Assembly (NCBI GenBank): GCA_038087875.1
Contig: CM075986.1
Location: 13,082,001-13,146,000, forward strand
DNA: 64,000 nt
DNA from: Malacoraja senta
Lineage: Eukaryota
Direction: 5' to 3'
Each line of letters opens with the position of its first letter. The stretch's first letter is position 1. The position numbers and the translations under genes are program-made. This document shows, in pieces, positions 37,645 to 51,327 of the stretch. Below the pieces are notes generated by a model, which had not been told where the DNA came from, ran no database searches, and saw only the letters and a program-made list of their open reading frames with translations.

Positions 37645-38500
37645 TTCCAATTCCCTGGTCCCAACTAGTTCATCTTCACCATGGACATAATCATCCGTTT
37701 ATACCTTCATGTCACATCAGGAGAGTCTGAGGACACTCTATTTCTTCCTTGAACCCACCCAGTTCCCCTCCACCAACAATTTCAGTCACCTGGCAGAACT
37801 TCTTCAACTCCACCTTTTCTCCAGATGAAAGGTATATCTACTCAGAAGGGCCCTAACTACATCTGTCCTTTTTGAGAGAGATGTGGAATAGTCTGTTTCA
37901 TTCTAACTCTGATCCATTCCCCCGTCTTTTGTCCCTGAGTTCACTGATAACAACATTGTGATGCTCCCTGCACTTATGCAGAACTCGAGAATCTCATCAC
38001 TTCCAGCCAATTTCCACGTTATTTTCACCTTCACATGGTCCATTTTTGACCCTTTCTCTTTTTAGATCTCTTCGTCTCCAACTTAGGAAATAGGCTTGCC
38101 AAAAAAATCCAGGCCAAGCCCACAGACTTCCAGCGCTATCTTGACCATACATCCTTCATGGTTGGCATGGATGCTATGGGTCGATAGGCCTAATTCCATG
38201 CTGTGTAATTCAATGACCTTGACTTTCACGCTTCCTTCAAGGACTTAATTCCATTCACCTGTTTCTGATTCTTCTATCTCATCGTATTTGCTTCAGTGAT
38301 AAGATTTTATACATCGGTTGCTCTGAAATGTCTACCTTCCTGAAATCTGGATTCCCCTCTACTGTAATGTATTGTACCGCTGATCATATCTCTCCTGCCT
38401 CTCATTTTTCAGCGCTCATCCTCTCCTAGACAGAGCGAAAATAGCATTCCCCAGGTCCTAATCTTCTAGTTCACCAAACTCCACATTCAATTGGAGGTTA
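37645..38500 (+). mobile_element. Decayed PLE reverse transcriptase region
   Basis: Frameshifted remnants FIFTMD, HQESLR, HLAEL, QMKG, GPNY.C, FTWSI, FLDLFVS and KPTDFQRYLDHTS in PLE RT order. Confidence 0.7.
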
Positions 38501-38569
38501 TTTGAACAAGTTTCTTTCCCAGTTTTGGTGAAGGTTCTTCAATCTGAAATGTTAACTCTGTTTCTCCTG

Positions 38570-39000
38570 TGAGACCTTATTTGGAACAATGTGTACAGAT
38601 CTGGTCTCCCTATCAAATGAAAAGTGCACTTAAAGATAGACACAAAAAGCTGGAGTAACTCAGGAGAGCATCTCTGGAGAGAAGGAATGGGTGACGTTTC
38701 GGGTCGAGACTCTTCTTCAGTACACTTACACGGGAGGGGTTGATGAGAATTCCTGGGATGAAGCTTAGCCTATGAAAAAAGATCAAGCAGACTGGAAGAT
38801 TGAAAAACCGAAAAGGGATCTCACTGAAATATACAAAATTCTTACATGTCTGAGAGAGATCATATTTCCTTTGGTAAGGGTGCCTTTGTCAAGGAGTCGC
38901 ATAGTCTTAAATAATAGTTGAACCATTTAGGACTGAGATGAAAATATGTTCATTCACTGAGAGGGTGGTAAATGTTTGAAAATCTCATGCCAAAAGGGCT
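38570..39000 (+). mobile_element. Old CR1 3' fragment carrying a PLE terminus insertion
   Basis: VRPYLEQCVQIWSP and GDLTEIYKIL-like remnants. Confidence 0.65.
38633..38720 (-). ncRNA. PLE terminus with the best-preserved minimal hammerhead core (38693-38720)
   Basis: Element sense CUGAAGA-AGAGUCUCGACCC-GAAA-CG-UC; flanked by agtgcactta/agtacactta duplication. Activity is untested. Confidence 0.55.
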
Positions 39001-39570
39001 GATTTATTTAGTACATTTGTTAGTACATTTATTCAATATACTAATTGATTTGTCAATTGTGCTAGTTATAACCTCAAAACATTTCCGACTTTTATATCAA
39101 ACATAATTTTTACAAATCCCTGTTTAATCTACATAATCTAGTTTAGTTTAGAGATACAGCATGGGAATGATAATAATAAAATAATAATTTACTATTATTC
39201 TCGAGGAAATTGCAAAATCTAAGCCCTATCAAAAGATATGACCTCTTATGGTATAATTCGAGGAAGGTCAAGGAACTAAAATTGGTAGTTTTCAAAGACT
39301 TATGTAAAACACAAAGTTTTAGTTTGACTTAGCGGGTCAGGCGCCATCTCCTGAGGATATGGATAGGTGATGTTTCAGGTCAAGACCCTTCTCTTATTAT
39401 CTTAATACGCATGTAGGTCATAATTTTTTTTAACTGTTCTAATAGTTCTAATTTTTCCTAGATGACATCTTGCATGAATCATATAATAATTCCCTTGCAA
39501 TTGTAACCCCAGCATTCAAGCATTTGAATGAAGTATGATTTTGATTATGTGTTTGGCCAGAACTTTTCAA

Positions 39571-42500
39571 ATAACCATATATAACCATAACAGCACGGAA
39601 ACAGGCCATCTCGGCCCTTCAAGTCCATGCCGAACACTTTTTCATTTTATTTATGTATTTATTTATTTATTTATCTATTTATTTATTTATTTATTTTAAA
39701 AAATATTTTTAAAAAGCCTTCCCCCTAGTCCCATCTACCTGCACTCAGACCATAACCCTCCATTCCTTTCCCGTCCATTTACCCATCCAATCTATTTTTA
39801 AAGGATAACATCGAACCTGCCTCCACCACTTCCACTGGAAGCTCATTCCACACAGCTACCACTCTCTGAGTAAAGAAGTTCCCCCTAATGTTACCCCTAA
39901 ACTTCTGTCCCTTAATTCTCAAGTCATGTCCCCTTGTTTGAATCTTCCCTACTCTCAATGGGAAAAGCTTATCCACGTCCAACTTGTTCAACCTTTCTCT
40001 GTAACTTAGTTGCTGAAACCCAGGCAACATTCTAGTAAATCTCCTCTGTACTCTCTCTATTTTGTTGACATCCTTCCTATAATTAGGCGACCAAAATTGT
40101 ACTCCATACTCCAGAATTGGCCTCACCAATGCCTTGTACAATTTTAACATTACATCCCAACTTCTATATTCAATGCTCTGATTTATAAAGGCCAGCACAC
40201 CAAAAGCTTTCTTTACCACCCTATCTACATGAGATTCCACCTTCAGGGAACTATGCACAGTTATTCCTAGATCCCTCTGTTCAACTGCATTCCTCAATTC
40301 GCTACCATTTACCATGTACGTCCTATTTTGATTTGTCCTGCCGAGATGTAACACCTCACATTTGTCAGCATTAAATTCCATCTGCCATCTTTCAGCCCAC
40401 TCTTCCAAATGGCCTAAATCTCTCTGTAGACTTTGAAAATCTACTTCATTATCCACAACACCACCTATCTTAGTATCATCTGCATACTTACTAATCCAAT
40501 TTTCCACACCATCATCCAGATCATTGATGTACATGACAAACAACAGTGGACCCAACACAGACCCCTGAGGCACCCCACTAGTCACCGGCCTCCAACCTGA
40601 CAAACAGCCATCCACCATTACGCTCTGGCATCTCCCATTCAGCCACTGTTGAATCCATCTTGCTACTCCACCATTAATACCCAACAATTGAATCTTCTTA
40701 ACTAACTTTCCATGAGGAACCTTGTCAAAGGCCTTACTGAAGTCCATATAGACAACATCCACTGCTTTACCCTCATCAATTTCCCTAGTAACCTCTTCGA
40801 AAAATTCAAGAAGATTAGTCAAGCATGACCTTCCAGGCACAAATCCATGTTGACTGTTCCTAATCAGACCCTGCTTATCCAGATGCTTATATATATTATC
40901 TTTAAGTATCCTTTCCATTAATTTGCCCACCACTGACATCAAACTAACAGGTCTATAATTGCTAGGTTTACTCTTAGAACCCTTTTTAAACAATGGAACA
41001 ACATGCGCAGTACGCCAATCCTCCGGCTCTATTCCCGTTTCTAATGACATTTGAAATATTTCTGTCATAGCCCCTGCTATTTCTACACTAACTTCCCTCA
41101 ATGTCCTAGGGAATATCCTGTCAGGACCTGGACACTTATCCGTTTTCATATTTTTCAAAAGTGTCCGCACCTCTTCTTCTTTGAATCTCATAGTTTCCAT
41201 TGCTACTCTGCTTGTTTCCCTTACCTCACATAATTCCATATCCTTCTCCTTGGTGAATACCGAAGAAAAGAAATTGTTCAATATCTCCCCCATCTCTTTT
41301 GGCTCTGCAGATAGCTGTCCACTCTGACTCTCTAATGGACCAATTTTATTCCTTGTTATCCTTTTGCTATTAATATAGCTGTAGAAACCCTTTGGATTTA
41401 TTTTCACCTTACTTGCCAAAGCAACCTCATATCTTCTTTTAGCTTTTCTAATTTCTTTCTTAATATTCTTTTTACATTCTTTATACTCCTCAAGCACCTC
41501 ATTTACTCCATGCTGCCTATAATTATTGTAGATCTCTCTTTCCGAACCAAGTGTCCAATTTCCCTTGAAAACCATGGCTCTTTCCAATTTTTACTATTTC
41601 CTTTCAATCGAACAGGGACATAAAGATTCTGTACTCTTAAAATTTCACCCTTAAATGTCCTCCATTTCTCTTCTACATCCTTCCCATAAAACAACATGTC
41701 CTAATTCACTCCTTTTAAATCCTTTTGCATCTCCTCAAAGTTAGCCTTTCTCCAATCAAAAATCTCAACCCTAGGTCCAGTTCTGGCCCTCTCCATAATT
41801 ATATTGAAACTAATGGTATTGTGATCACTGGACCCGAAGTGCTCCCCGACGCATACCTCCGCCACCTGCCCTGTCTCATTTCCTAACAGGAGGTCCAGCA
41901 CTGCCCCTTCTCTAGTAGGTACCTCTATGTATTGCTGCAAAAAACTATCCTGCACACATTTTACAAACTCCAAACCATCCAGCCCTTTTACAGAATGTGT
42001 TTCCCAGTCTATGTGTGGAAAATTGAAATCTCCCACAATCACTACCTTGTGCTTACTACTAATATCTGCTATCTCCTTACATATTTGCTCTTCCAATTCT
42101 CGCTCCCCATTTGGCGGTCTATAATACACCCCTATAAGTGTTGCTACACCTTTCCCATTTCTCAGTTCCACCCAAATAGCCTCCCTAGATGAGCCCTCTA
42201 ATCTATCCTGCCAAAGCACTGCTGTAATATCTTCCTTGACAAGCAATGCAACACCCCCACCTCTTGCCCCTCCAATTCTATCACCCCTGAAGCAACGAAA
42301 TCCTGGAATATTTAGTTTCCAATCACAGCCCTCCTGCAACCATGTTTCACTGATCGCCACAACATCATACTTCCAGGTGTCAATCCAGGCTCTAAGCTCA
42401 TCCACCTTTCTTACAATGCTCCTAGCATTAAAATATACACATTTAAGAAACCCACCACCACTTATTCTCTGTTTATTAATTTTTTCTTCTTTCACCCCTA

Positions 42501-42811
42501 CATTTTGGGTCCGAGTGCTTCCCTTCTCAGCCTCCTGCCTCCCACATTTTCCACTAGCTTTCTCTATTTGAGTCCCTCCCCCCAACCGTTCTAGTTTAAA
42601 GTCTCCCCAGTAGCCTTTGCAAATCTCCCCGCCAGGATATTGGTCCCCCTCGGGTTCAAGTGCAACCCGTCCTTTCTGTACAGGTCACACCTTCCCCAAA
42701 AGAGGTCCCAATGATCCAGAAATTTGAATCCCTGCCCGCTGCACCAGTTCCTCAGCCACGCATTTATCCTCCACCTCACTCCATTCCTACTCTCACTGTT
42801 GCGTGGCACAG
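39571..42811 (-). mobile_element. 3.2 kb 5'-truncated CR1 LINE: ORF1 SGNH esterase end, ORF2 APE endonuclease and RT
   Basis: ORF1 end DGLHLNPRG; APE motifs YFNARS, ISETWL, VGDFN, SDHN (41701-42585); RT motifs SGVPQGSVLGPLLF and YADD (39779-41587). It has a stop near 41701, a frameshift near 41535 and an internal deletion near 39980. Confidence 0.96.
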
Positions 42812-43018
42812 TGAAAATGAAAAATATAATAATTATTGACATTATTAATGATGAGGAAAGGAAATGGGACAACATGGATAGTTCATTCAAGGCCTAAAGC
42901 CAGCCTCTCGTCTAATTAAAGTCAGGTAATTAATTCTCAATACATACATTTGGATCGTGACCTGGAGGTGAGAGCTGTCTGTAGTGTGCGTGCCATAATT
43001 TTTTTTCTCTATCTTTAG

Positions 43019-43173
43019 GTTACTGGAGTGAGCGTGTCAACAGGAAAAGATCAACTTGTTGTTTTTCACACAAAGGACAACAAAGACCTTATTGTGTGCC
43101 TTCATAAAATGCAGCCAGCTAATGAGAACCGTATTGGAGAGCTTGTCGGCATTGTGGCCAATCACTTCAGAAG
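43019..43173 (+). CDS. myo1d: Myosin-Id penultimate coding exon (TH1)
   Basis: atctttag| ... |gttagt, 155 bp, phase 0/2. Translates [64 protein letters not shown] fits MYO1D better than its paralog MYO1G. Confidence 0.96.
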
Positions 43174-45431
43174 GTTAGTGAAATTGCAAGTATTTCTGTA
43201 TTTTAAAGCGGTGCATACATTGAACCTGTGCAAACACGCACGGGGCAAACTAATGCATCTCCTCTCTTTCTTCAAGCAGTTTTATGACTGTCACAGTTTT
43301 TGTTTGATATAGAATTCTAAGGATTACATGTACCTACACAATCATGTGGTGTTTGCCACTAAATGCAGTAAAAGTTTCAGGCAATAGCATTGCATTGAGT
43401 GTTAGAGGATGCATTGTGCAGTTCCACAATCTGCAAAGATGGTAGGTCAATTACATCAAAATGGAAATAATCCCATTCCTATTGATCTGCATCTGCATTG
43501 TGAAACAAAACTTGCATTGAAACTGCATTTTTAACATGTAAAATGTTCCAAGGCAATGATATTGTACAACATTTTTAATATAATTACACAAGAATATTCT
43601 ATACAGATGTTCAAAGATAAGTTTAAAGGGAGGACAGGAAAGAGGGTGAAGTTGATTTTTTTTAATTGATTGAATTGCAAAATTGAAAGTTCTTTTACCT
43701 GTCTGCAAATAAATCAGGTGTAATTTCAGATATGCAACAAAGTGTTAACTAAAATAATGAAATGCATAAGCAGATTTTTAAGTAACCTAGTTTATTGGTA
43801 TTATTATCAGTTGCTCAGTATGGATATCCAAATCTTTTATACCTCAACACCGCAAAATATCCTGAATAGTTTTCATATCTTCCTTAAGCAGAAGTCCAGC
43901 AACATCCTCCTCCACCTCACATTCTCAGTTAAATAACTCCGTGAACGTAATTAATTTCCTACAATGAAAGACATTGTTAAGAAACTTACATTTTAAAATG
44001 TATGGGGTGAGCTATGCAGCCTTTTCACGGGAGATGTAGAGCATTTTCTTCTCGAACTGAAATGAACTGTACAAGCTTAATATGGTGATGCGGAGAGAGC
44101 AAGAGCCTGGCAACCTGAAGTGTCAGACTAAATCAAGCCCAATTCAGCCCATTATGTCTGGTCTAGATATGTTTTGACACAAGATCTCAGATGGCTGAAC
44201 ATTTTAAAATGTGAGCTCGGCATTTGAACTAAAGAAGTGTCAGAACTTTTTACTTCATGCAAATTCCTAAAACAAGATCAGTCAAAAAATGATGTAACCC
44301 ATTTATTTGGACAATCTCCAGAGCTTGGAAAACACTCCCTTCACCTATACTGATGGATAGAAGATGATGAACATACACAATGTTCGGTGTGGTTAATTGT
44401 GCTGTACCCATTTGTATATTTACATTATATTATACATAATACAAATACAGTTGAATGATTTTGGCTCTATTATGCCAAGTGGCAGGAACTGGTATCCGCT
44501 CAAGCCAACTCAATCATTGAAAACTATATGCCACGTTGTTCTGGGAAAGTGCGTTCAGTCATCACAAATAGTCAGAGGATTGGCTTTTATATTGTTGCAA
44601 AAGGAATCTGAAGCTTTTGTTTGAACCACCTGCATCTAGTAATCGTGTAATGATTTGCTTCATTGTTAGCCTAATACCTTATGTACTCTCATAGGGAGTT
44701 GCCAGTGATGGCCCTAACCTCAACATAATTACCATCTGACTAAATGGTACTGTCATTGACCTTGGAATATTAAGATCCGGTTAATAAACTAATATCTATA
44801 GGGCCGAATGAACGCTGAATGAATAATTATATGAAGTATATTTTAAATATTATAATATGGTAAGGACTTTCACTTAAAAAAAACCAATTAAGTCCATTCA
44901 CATTAACCTAATCAAATGTTTAAAAAACTTTTATTCTGTGAGTGGCTGTTTCTTCCCAGTGCCTGCTGTAACTGTGCCAGGTCTGACCTGGTTCAGGCCC
45001 AGTGGGCAGGTTTCCCAGCCTAAGAATTGAGAGGATCTCTGCACTGCCTTATTAGCTCCACGAGGAGTACACCAGTACAGAACAGGTATCCCAGGATTGG
45101 CAATTACATCAATCCTGCATTTGAACATCCAAAGCTTCCAGCCAGATTGCTGGGTAAAAACTCATGAAATCAAGCAGATCTGGCATTTCACTGAAAGATT
45201 ACGGGCAATGATTGTGATTGCCGTGCAACCTCCTTCCCAATCTCTACATTTCTAACCATTTGGCAGCACCTCCAATGCCTCACCAACCCCATTTTCAGTT
45301 TGAACCATTCCATCCACACAGACAGCCCAAGTGAATTGCTAAATCACCCGCCTGAAAATGTATTGTGTAAAATCTTACTTTCTCAGTGTATCCAATTATA
45401 TTTTTGTAGATTACATCTTAACAATATTATT

Positions 45432-45493
45432 GCTGCTGCACCCACTGTGCTGCTGCTGCACCCGCTGAGTTTCTCCAGCATTTTTGTGTACCT
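45432..45493 (+). mobile_element. Short PLE terminal fragment with 14-bp TSD
   Basis: TSD ttaacaatattatt at 45418-45431 and 45494-45507. Confidence 0.8.
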
Positions 45494-46663
45494 TTAACAA
45501 TATTATTCTTGGGACATCAATAAGCTGAAGGTCTAATGTTATCTTATCAAATAAAACTAGGAACATCCAACTGTATCCTAATATAATCTTAAATTTCACA
45601 ACACCTTAATCGTTTTGTTTGTATTGAAATATGCTTCTGCCTCCACTCTCCATTTGTGTGACATTGTTGTTTGACTTCATGGAATATGATTCCAAGTTTG
45701 AGCAATCATAAACTGGTCAGTCCCTTTATTGAAAGTATTCAAAAGAACACTTTTATCTATTTAGTTTGCATAGCATTGTAGCAGCTAGTATTAGTGCAAA
45801 TAGTAATATAAACTGAAAAGAAAACAGAATCAGCATGGTCATGTGGCAGATAGTTTAATCAGCCAGTTTTAATTTTGGTATAATGAACTCAGGGTAGTTT
45901 AAACATAGTCTGCAACAATTAAATACCTGTAAAAATTATTGTAGTTCTAAAAACACTAAGTGAAGATATTATCTTGGTGAATTTTTTCAGTATTGAAAAT
46001 TACAATTCCATTTATGTAAAAAAAAAAATCACCAGCGTTGGGATGTTTTATCTGTCAGGTCAGCATTAAGGCATCTGCAATCTTCCTTGCTTGTGTCTTG
46101 TTCATTATCAAGATAACCTTGGACTGATATACTCATTCTCTCTACAGATTTTCTGAAAATCGGCTCTCACACTTGGTCTCCCACTGATAATTTGATTTTC
46201 TTTGTCTCCTCTATTTGGTAGCTTCTTTATCTGACAGATAATCTCCAGCATGTCTTCCATGACTTTGTACTATCATCCCCTCCTCTTCTCTGTTCTCTCA
46301 AAGGAATGTTGGTACCAAAACCCAGCTGTTCACTTCTCCATCACTGGTTGATTCTTTGTGACTGGAGAAAGTAAAATCGGACTACTTACCAGAAAAATTC
46401 ACATTTTCCATAACCTGCTTTCAGACACAGAAACAGGAATTTCCATTTGCATTGCAGCTTTAGCATAATATAAAACATTCTAAAAAACATTCCTTGCATC
46501 TACAAAATATGCTAAAGCTCTTCAGACTTATTAAAACAAAACGTTTGCCATGAAAGGAGGAAAAAAGAGGTTTAAATGAGATGAACAGAGGTGAAAAAGT
46601 AGAAGTAACAGAAAGATTTCCAGAGCCATGGGGTTGGCAGCAGAGTAATGAAATTAGTTACTC

Positions 46664-46795
46664 AAGATAGACAAAAATGCTGGAGAAACTCAGCGGGTGG
46701 AGCGAAGGAATAGGCAATGTTTCAGGTCAAGACCCTTCTTCAGACTGATGTTGGGCGGGCGGGAAAAAAGAAAGGAAGAGGCGGAGACAGTCGGA
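46664..46795 (-). mobile_element. PLE terminal repeat
   Basis: Reverse complement cagtctgaagaagggtcttgacctgaaacattgcctattcc. Confidence 0.75.
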
Positions 46796-46914
46796 GCGGA
46801 GGTCAAGAGGTCAGAACTCAAGAGGTCAGAATTAAATATAGCAGGATTCTGGATTACAGAGCTGGAAGAGGTTAAAGAGGGATTTGAAGTTAGCAAGAAA
46901 AAATGCTTAAATCA

Positions 46915-47562
46915 ATTCAAAGGATTCAAAGGTCTATTTATTATCACGTGGACCAATTAAGGTATGGTGAAACTCGAGTTACCATACAACCATACAAAAA
47001 AAAAAAGCTACAAGACACACCACTACATAAAAGTTAACATAAACATCCACCACAGCAGATTCCACGTTCCTTACTGTGATGGAAGGCAATAAAGTATAAT
47101 CTTCATCCTCTTTATTCTCCCGCGGTCGGGGCAGTCGAACCATCCGCAGCTGGGGCGATCGAAGCTCCTGCAGCCGGGGCGATCGAAGCTCCCTCGTTGG
47201 GGCGATCGAAGCTCCCGCATCAGGGCGGTCGAAGCTCCTGCGGCATGGAGCTCCCAAAGTCGGTCTCTAACCAGGGACCGCGAGCTCAATGATGTTAAAT
47301 CCTGCAGGCTCCCGCGGTTGGAGCTCCCAAAGTTGATCTCCAGAGAGGGGCCGCCAACTCCACGATGTTAGGCCAGACTGAGATATGATACAGAACAAAT
47401 CGCATCTCCGTTGAGGTAAGAGATTTAAAAAAGTCGTGTCCCTCCCCCACATAAAACAAGCTAAAGAACACAAAAACATACATTGAAGACATACTATAAA
47501 ACAACAAAGAAGGAAGGGATGAGACAAACTGTTGGCGAGGCAGCCATTGGGGGTGCCACCCC
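46915..47562 (-). mobile_element. GC-rich family, copy C
   Basis: Internal tandem units ggggcgatcgaagctcc (47152-47238); hairpin 47046-47083; tail gtgataataaa. Confidence 0.65.
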
Positions 47563-48459
47563 AGTTAAAGGGAGATTTATTTGCACATCGTATATTCAGT
47601 TTACCATTCAGAATGCAGTAGGCACTTTTATTAGGAACATCAAATACAATTCTGCTCTTCCCATTCCTCCTCCAAACATATTTAATTGTAATTTTATACA
47701 TAATTTGACATGTTAAAACATTGGGGAAATTGATTGCCTTGTTCCCCATCGTATAATAACAACAACTTTTTATGTCAGGTCATTAACATAGTAAAATTAT
47801 CTCATAGCATCATTACTTTTGAAGTGCAGTCATTTATGTACTTAATCAATTGTCAAGTGTGTTAACAATTGCTGTGAACGGCATAATGTAAATGTAAATG
47901 TAAGTTCATTTCTTTAGTTACTTTCTTGATTTTTCTGCTGAATTTGCTATCCAGTCTTCCTTCTCTCTTGGGAGGCTTGTTTAACATGCCTGTTTTACAT
48001 GCCTGACTGAGAGAATCTTGCAACAGCACAAAATTGTTTATAACCTTTTTAAGCATTTGGAAATATATTCACCAACTATTAATTCTCATATGAATCATTA
48101 GTACAGCCATTTTTCTCTGTGTAGTGTTGGAGAAAGGGATTCCCAGATGCTTTTATCTAAATGGATGAGATCATCATTACATATTAACGCCCAGCCAGAA
48201 ATCACAAGTATTATTGATATATATGTCATGCCTGTTCTACCTTCTGAGAGATAATGTCAGATACCCAAAGAAAAACTCGTTGCAAAAGGCCTTTTTTTTT
48301 TTTTAAACGTGAAAAAAAATGCTGTCAGTCAATAAATGCAAACAATTCTATAAACACAAGGTTATAACAGATGTTTTAACCTATTTCAGAAATCCTTTGC
48401 ATTGTTTTGGAACTCCATGAACTGGGGACGATAGTTTGAACTGGGGACGATAGTTTGAA

Positions 48460-49580
48460 CAGTAAAACACAGGAACAGGCCCTTCAGCCCACAATGTCTG
48501 TAAGCTCCTATGCATGCACACAATTCATATCCCTTTATTTCTTGTATTTCCATCTGCCTTTCTAAAAGCCACCCAAATGCCACTATCATATTGGGTTCCA
48601 CCGGCACTCTTGGCTGCACGGCCCAGCACCCATCACTTTTTGTCCCACACATCCACTTGCCCCACGCAGCTTCCTCCTCAGACCTTAACACTATGCCCCC
48701 AAGCCATTGGCATTTCAATCCTGGGGGGGGGGGGGGGGGGGAATTCTGTCTATCCTATCTATGCCTCTCATAATTTTATAAACTTCCATCAGATCTCTGA
48801 CACTAGAGAAAATAAGCCACGTTTGTCCAACCTTTCCCTTTAATCAAGGCAGCATTCTGATAAACCTTTTCTCCACCTTCTCTTGAAATTCCACAGTAAT
48901 AGGGAAACCAAAACTGCACACAATACTTCAAACGTAGCCCAAACAAAGTGTTATAACGCTGCAACTACTCAATGCCTCGATTGATGAAGGCAGGCACACC
49001 ATATGTTTATTTTATCACCTTATCAACTTGTGCTGCCACTTTCAATGAGTTAAGATTTGGACCTCTAGATCCCTTTACACATCAATGCTGTTGGTGTCTT
49101 TCCCCTAACAGGTATATTTTCCCCTTACATTCGATCTCCTAACATGCACCGTCTCACATTTGTGCGAATGAAACCCCATCTGCCATTTTTCTGCCCATAT
49201 CTTGTGACTGATCCAAATCCCAGTGTTCACAACTCCACCAATTTTGCAAATTTACTCATCAAACTATTTACATTTACGTTCAAATCATTTAGATGTATAA
49301 CAATCAAGAGAGGTCCCAGCACAATCATTGTGGAACACCACTGGTCACAAGGCCTCCAGCCAGATAACACCCTTCCTCCACTACCCACTCAGAACTAGCC
49401 AGTTCTGGATCCAAACCACCAAGTCACCATGGATCCCATTTTCCCATTCTAAATCAGTTTACCATGAGGGACATTATCAAGTGCATTACTAAAATCCATG
49501 CCGACAACAAACACTGTCCTACCCTCATTAATCACCTTCATCGACTCCTCAAAAATCTCAATCAAGGTAGTAAGATATGA
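48460..49580 (-). mobile_element. Old CR1 LINE fragment
   Basis: CR1 3' UTR and a decayed MDFS.A.D.VPHGKL region. Confidence 0.75.
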
Positions 49581-51327
49581 TATGCCAGGGCCACTGATTT
49601 GTCATAAACTGACATGCATTCATGTGAAGGCTTGGCAGCTCCACACAAATAAAGAAAAGAAAATCAGAGAACCCGATCATCACAAGCACCTATCCTCTTG
49701 TAGCAATTGGTTGTGGAGCAATGTTGGTGGAGAATTGGATGAAGATCTGATTTCTGAAGGCATGTTAGATCCAGCTGGAGGGAGAATAAAGCAGATAATA
49801 TAAGAAATATTATTCAACGGTATGTTGTTTTCTAGAGTGTAAACCTGCATATATTTATGACCCCGCCATGGATGATTGACTAGATCTCTACAACAGATTC
49901 AGAAACAATATTTTTTTCCCTTGATACAATGTTAATGAGATGGATTGTTCTGCACAGAGCGCAGAATACTTGCTGGAGGTTTTGAGTGAACCATGGAAAT
50001 TTACTAGCAGTTATATGTCTTAAATCCCTTTCACAGATGCTTCAAAATGAGTTTCCTATTGTCTATAAGGCTAGAAAGGGGTGTTGAAAATTATAATTGC
50101 TTTCCTAAAGTACCTCACCCTGTCATCCTGTTGATTGGGATCCCCAGCCCCTTGGCCCATTTGTCTTAAGCCGACTCTGCAAGAGTGATGCCATTAGCCA
50201 ATTTTTCCATGTATATTGTAAGATATTATGGCTTCAGCATGTAGATAGAAACAAGCACATGTTTTCAGTACACGCTGTTGCCAGTGTAGGTCTTCTTTAT
50301 TTTACAACAGTACACTGTGCATACTCACACATATTCATGAGACTGATAAGATATTGAATATATTACATGACACAAATCATACCATTCTAGTACTCAGCTC
50401 TTAAAGTTACAGTTACCATTATATACACTACATATATCTGCAATTTTTTATTTAAATACTTATCCAGTTCCTTTCCAAAAGCAGAAAGAAGGCTAAAGGC
50501 TTCCTTTGGGAGCAAGAAGAAACACACTTACTATTCTTGACCCATGCTGTTCTGGAAAAAGCATTTTCTTTCTGGAGCTGGTGACACCCATCTCCATTTT
50601 GCTGCTGGGTTTCTTAAGTCCTAGAAAACCAAAATAATCCGACATAAAGTGGATTGAAAGTCTGATTGAATGTTAATAAAGTGCATGATACCTTCAAAGA
50701 ATGGACATTTGTAAATGTCTCTCCAATATCTAAATGTCTCTCTTCACCTAATTTCTAAAACATCATTACTTTACAAACCTTCCCCTGCCTATTCTTGGGA
50801 AGGCTTAGCTTGAGGACACTTTCTTTACATCATTCTGTTCTCTTTATCTTTCATGCTATTACCACCTTTGTGTATATTACCCCTTTCTATTTTCCTTCTG
50901 TCGAGTACCTCCCATTGTTTTAGCATTCTTAACTTATACCATTTCTTTCTATAGCTCTTTTAGCTATTTTTTTTCTTGTTAGCTGGATCATTTGTCTCAT
51001 ATCTTCTCTTTGTTTAAATCAATGTTTCCCTTCCACTACATCCTTGGACTCCCATGTGATGTTTTTTTTCTTTCCGAGCATCCAGCTTAGAATATCTGCA
51101 CTTGCAGATCCATGTACATCGATTTGGTTTCTATTCCATTTTGCATGTCCAATTGTTCCCTCAGATCCATTTTATGTCGCAATTCAAAGCCAACATCTGC
51201 TGACTGTACGTGATATAAAATGGATCCAGCTCTCCACATGATTCTGCATTAATGATATTATGCACTTCCAACAAAGCCTAATTCTGTTACCACATCTTGA
51301 TCAACTCCCTGTCAACTGGACCCATGA

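Noticed and set aside
47152-47238. Repeat-spacer-like array resembling CRISPR
   Set aside because: Vertebrate intron, spacers only a few bases long and related to each other, no cas genes; it is an internal tandem repeat.
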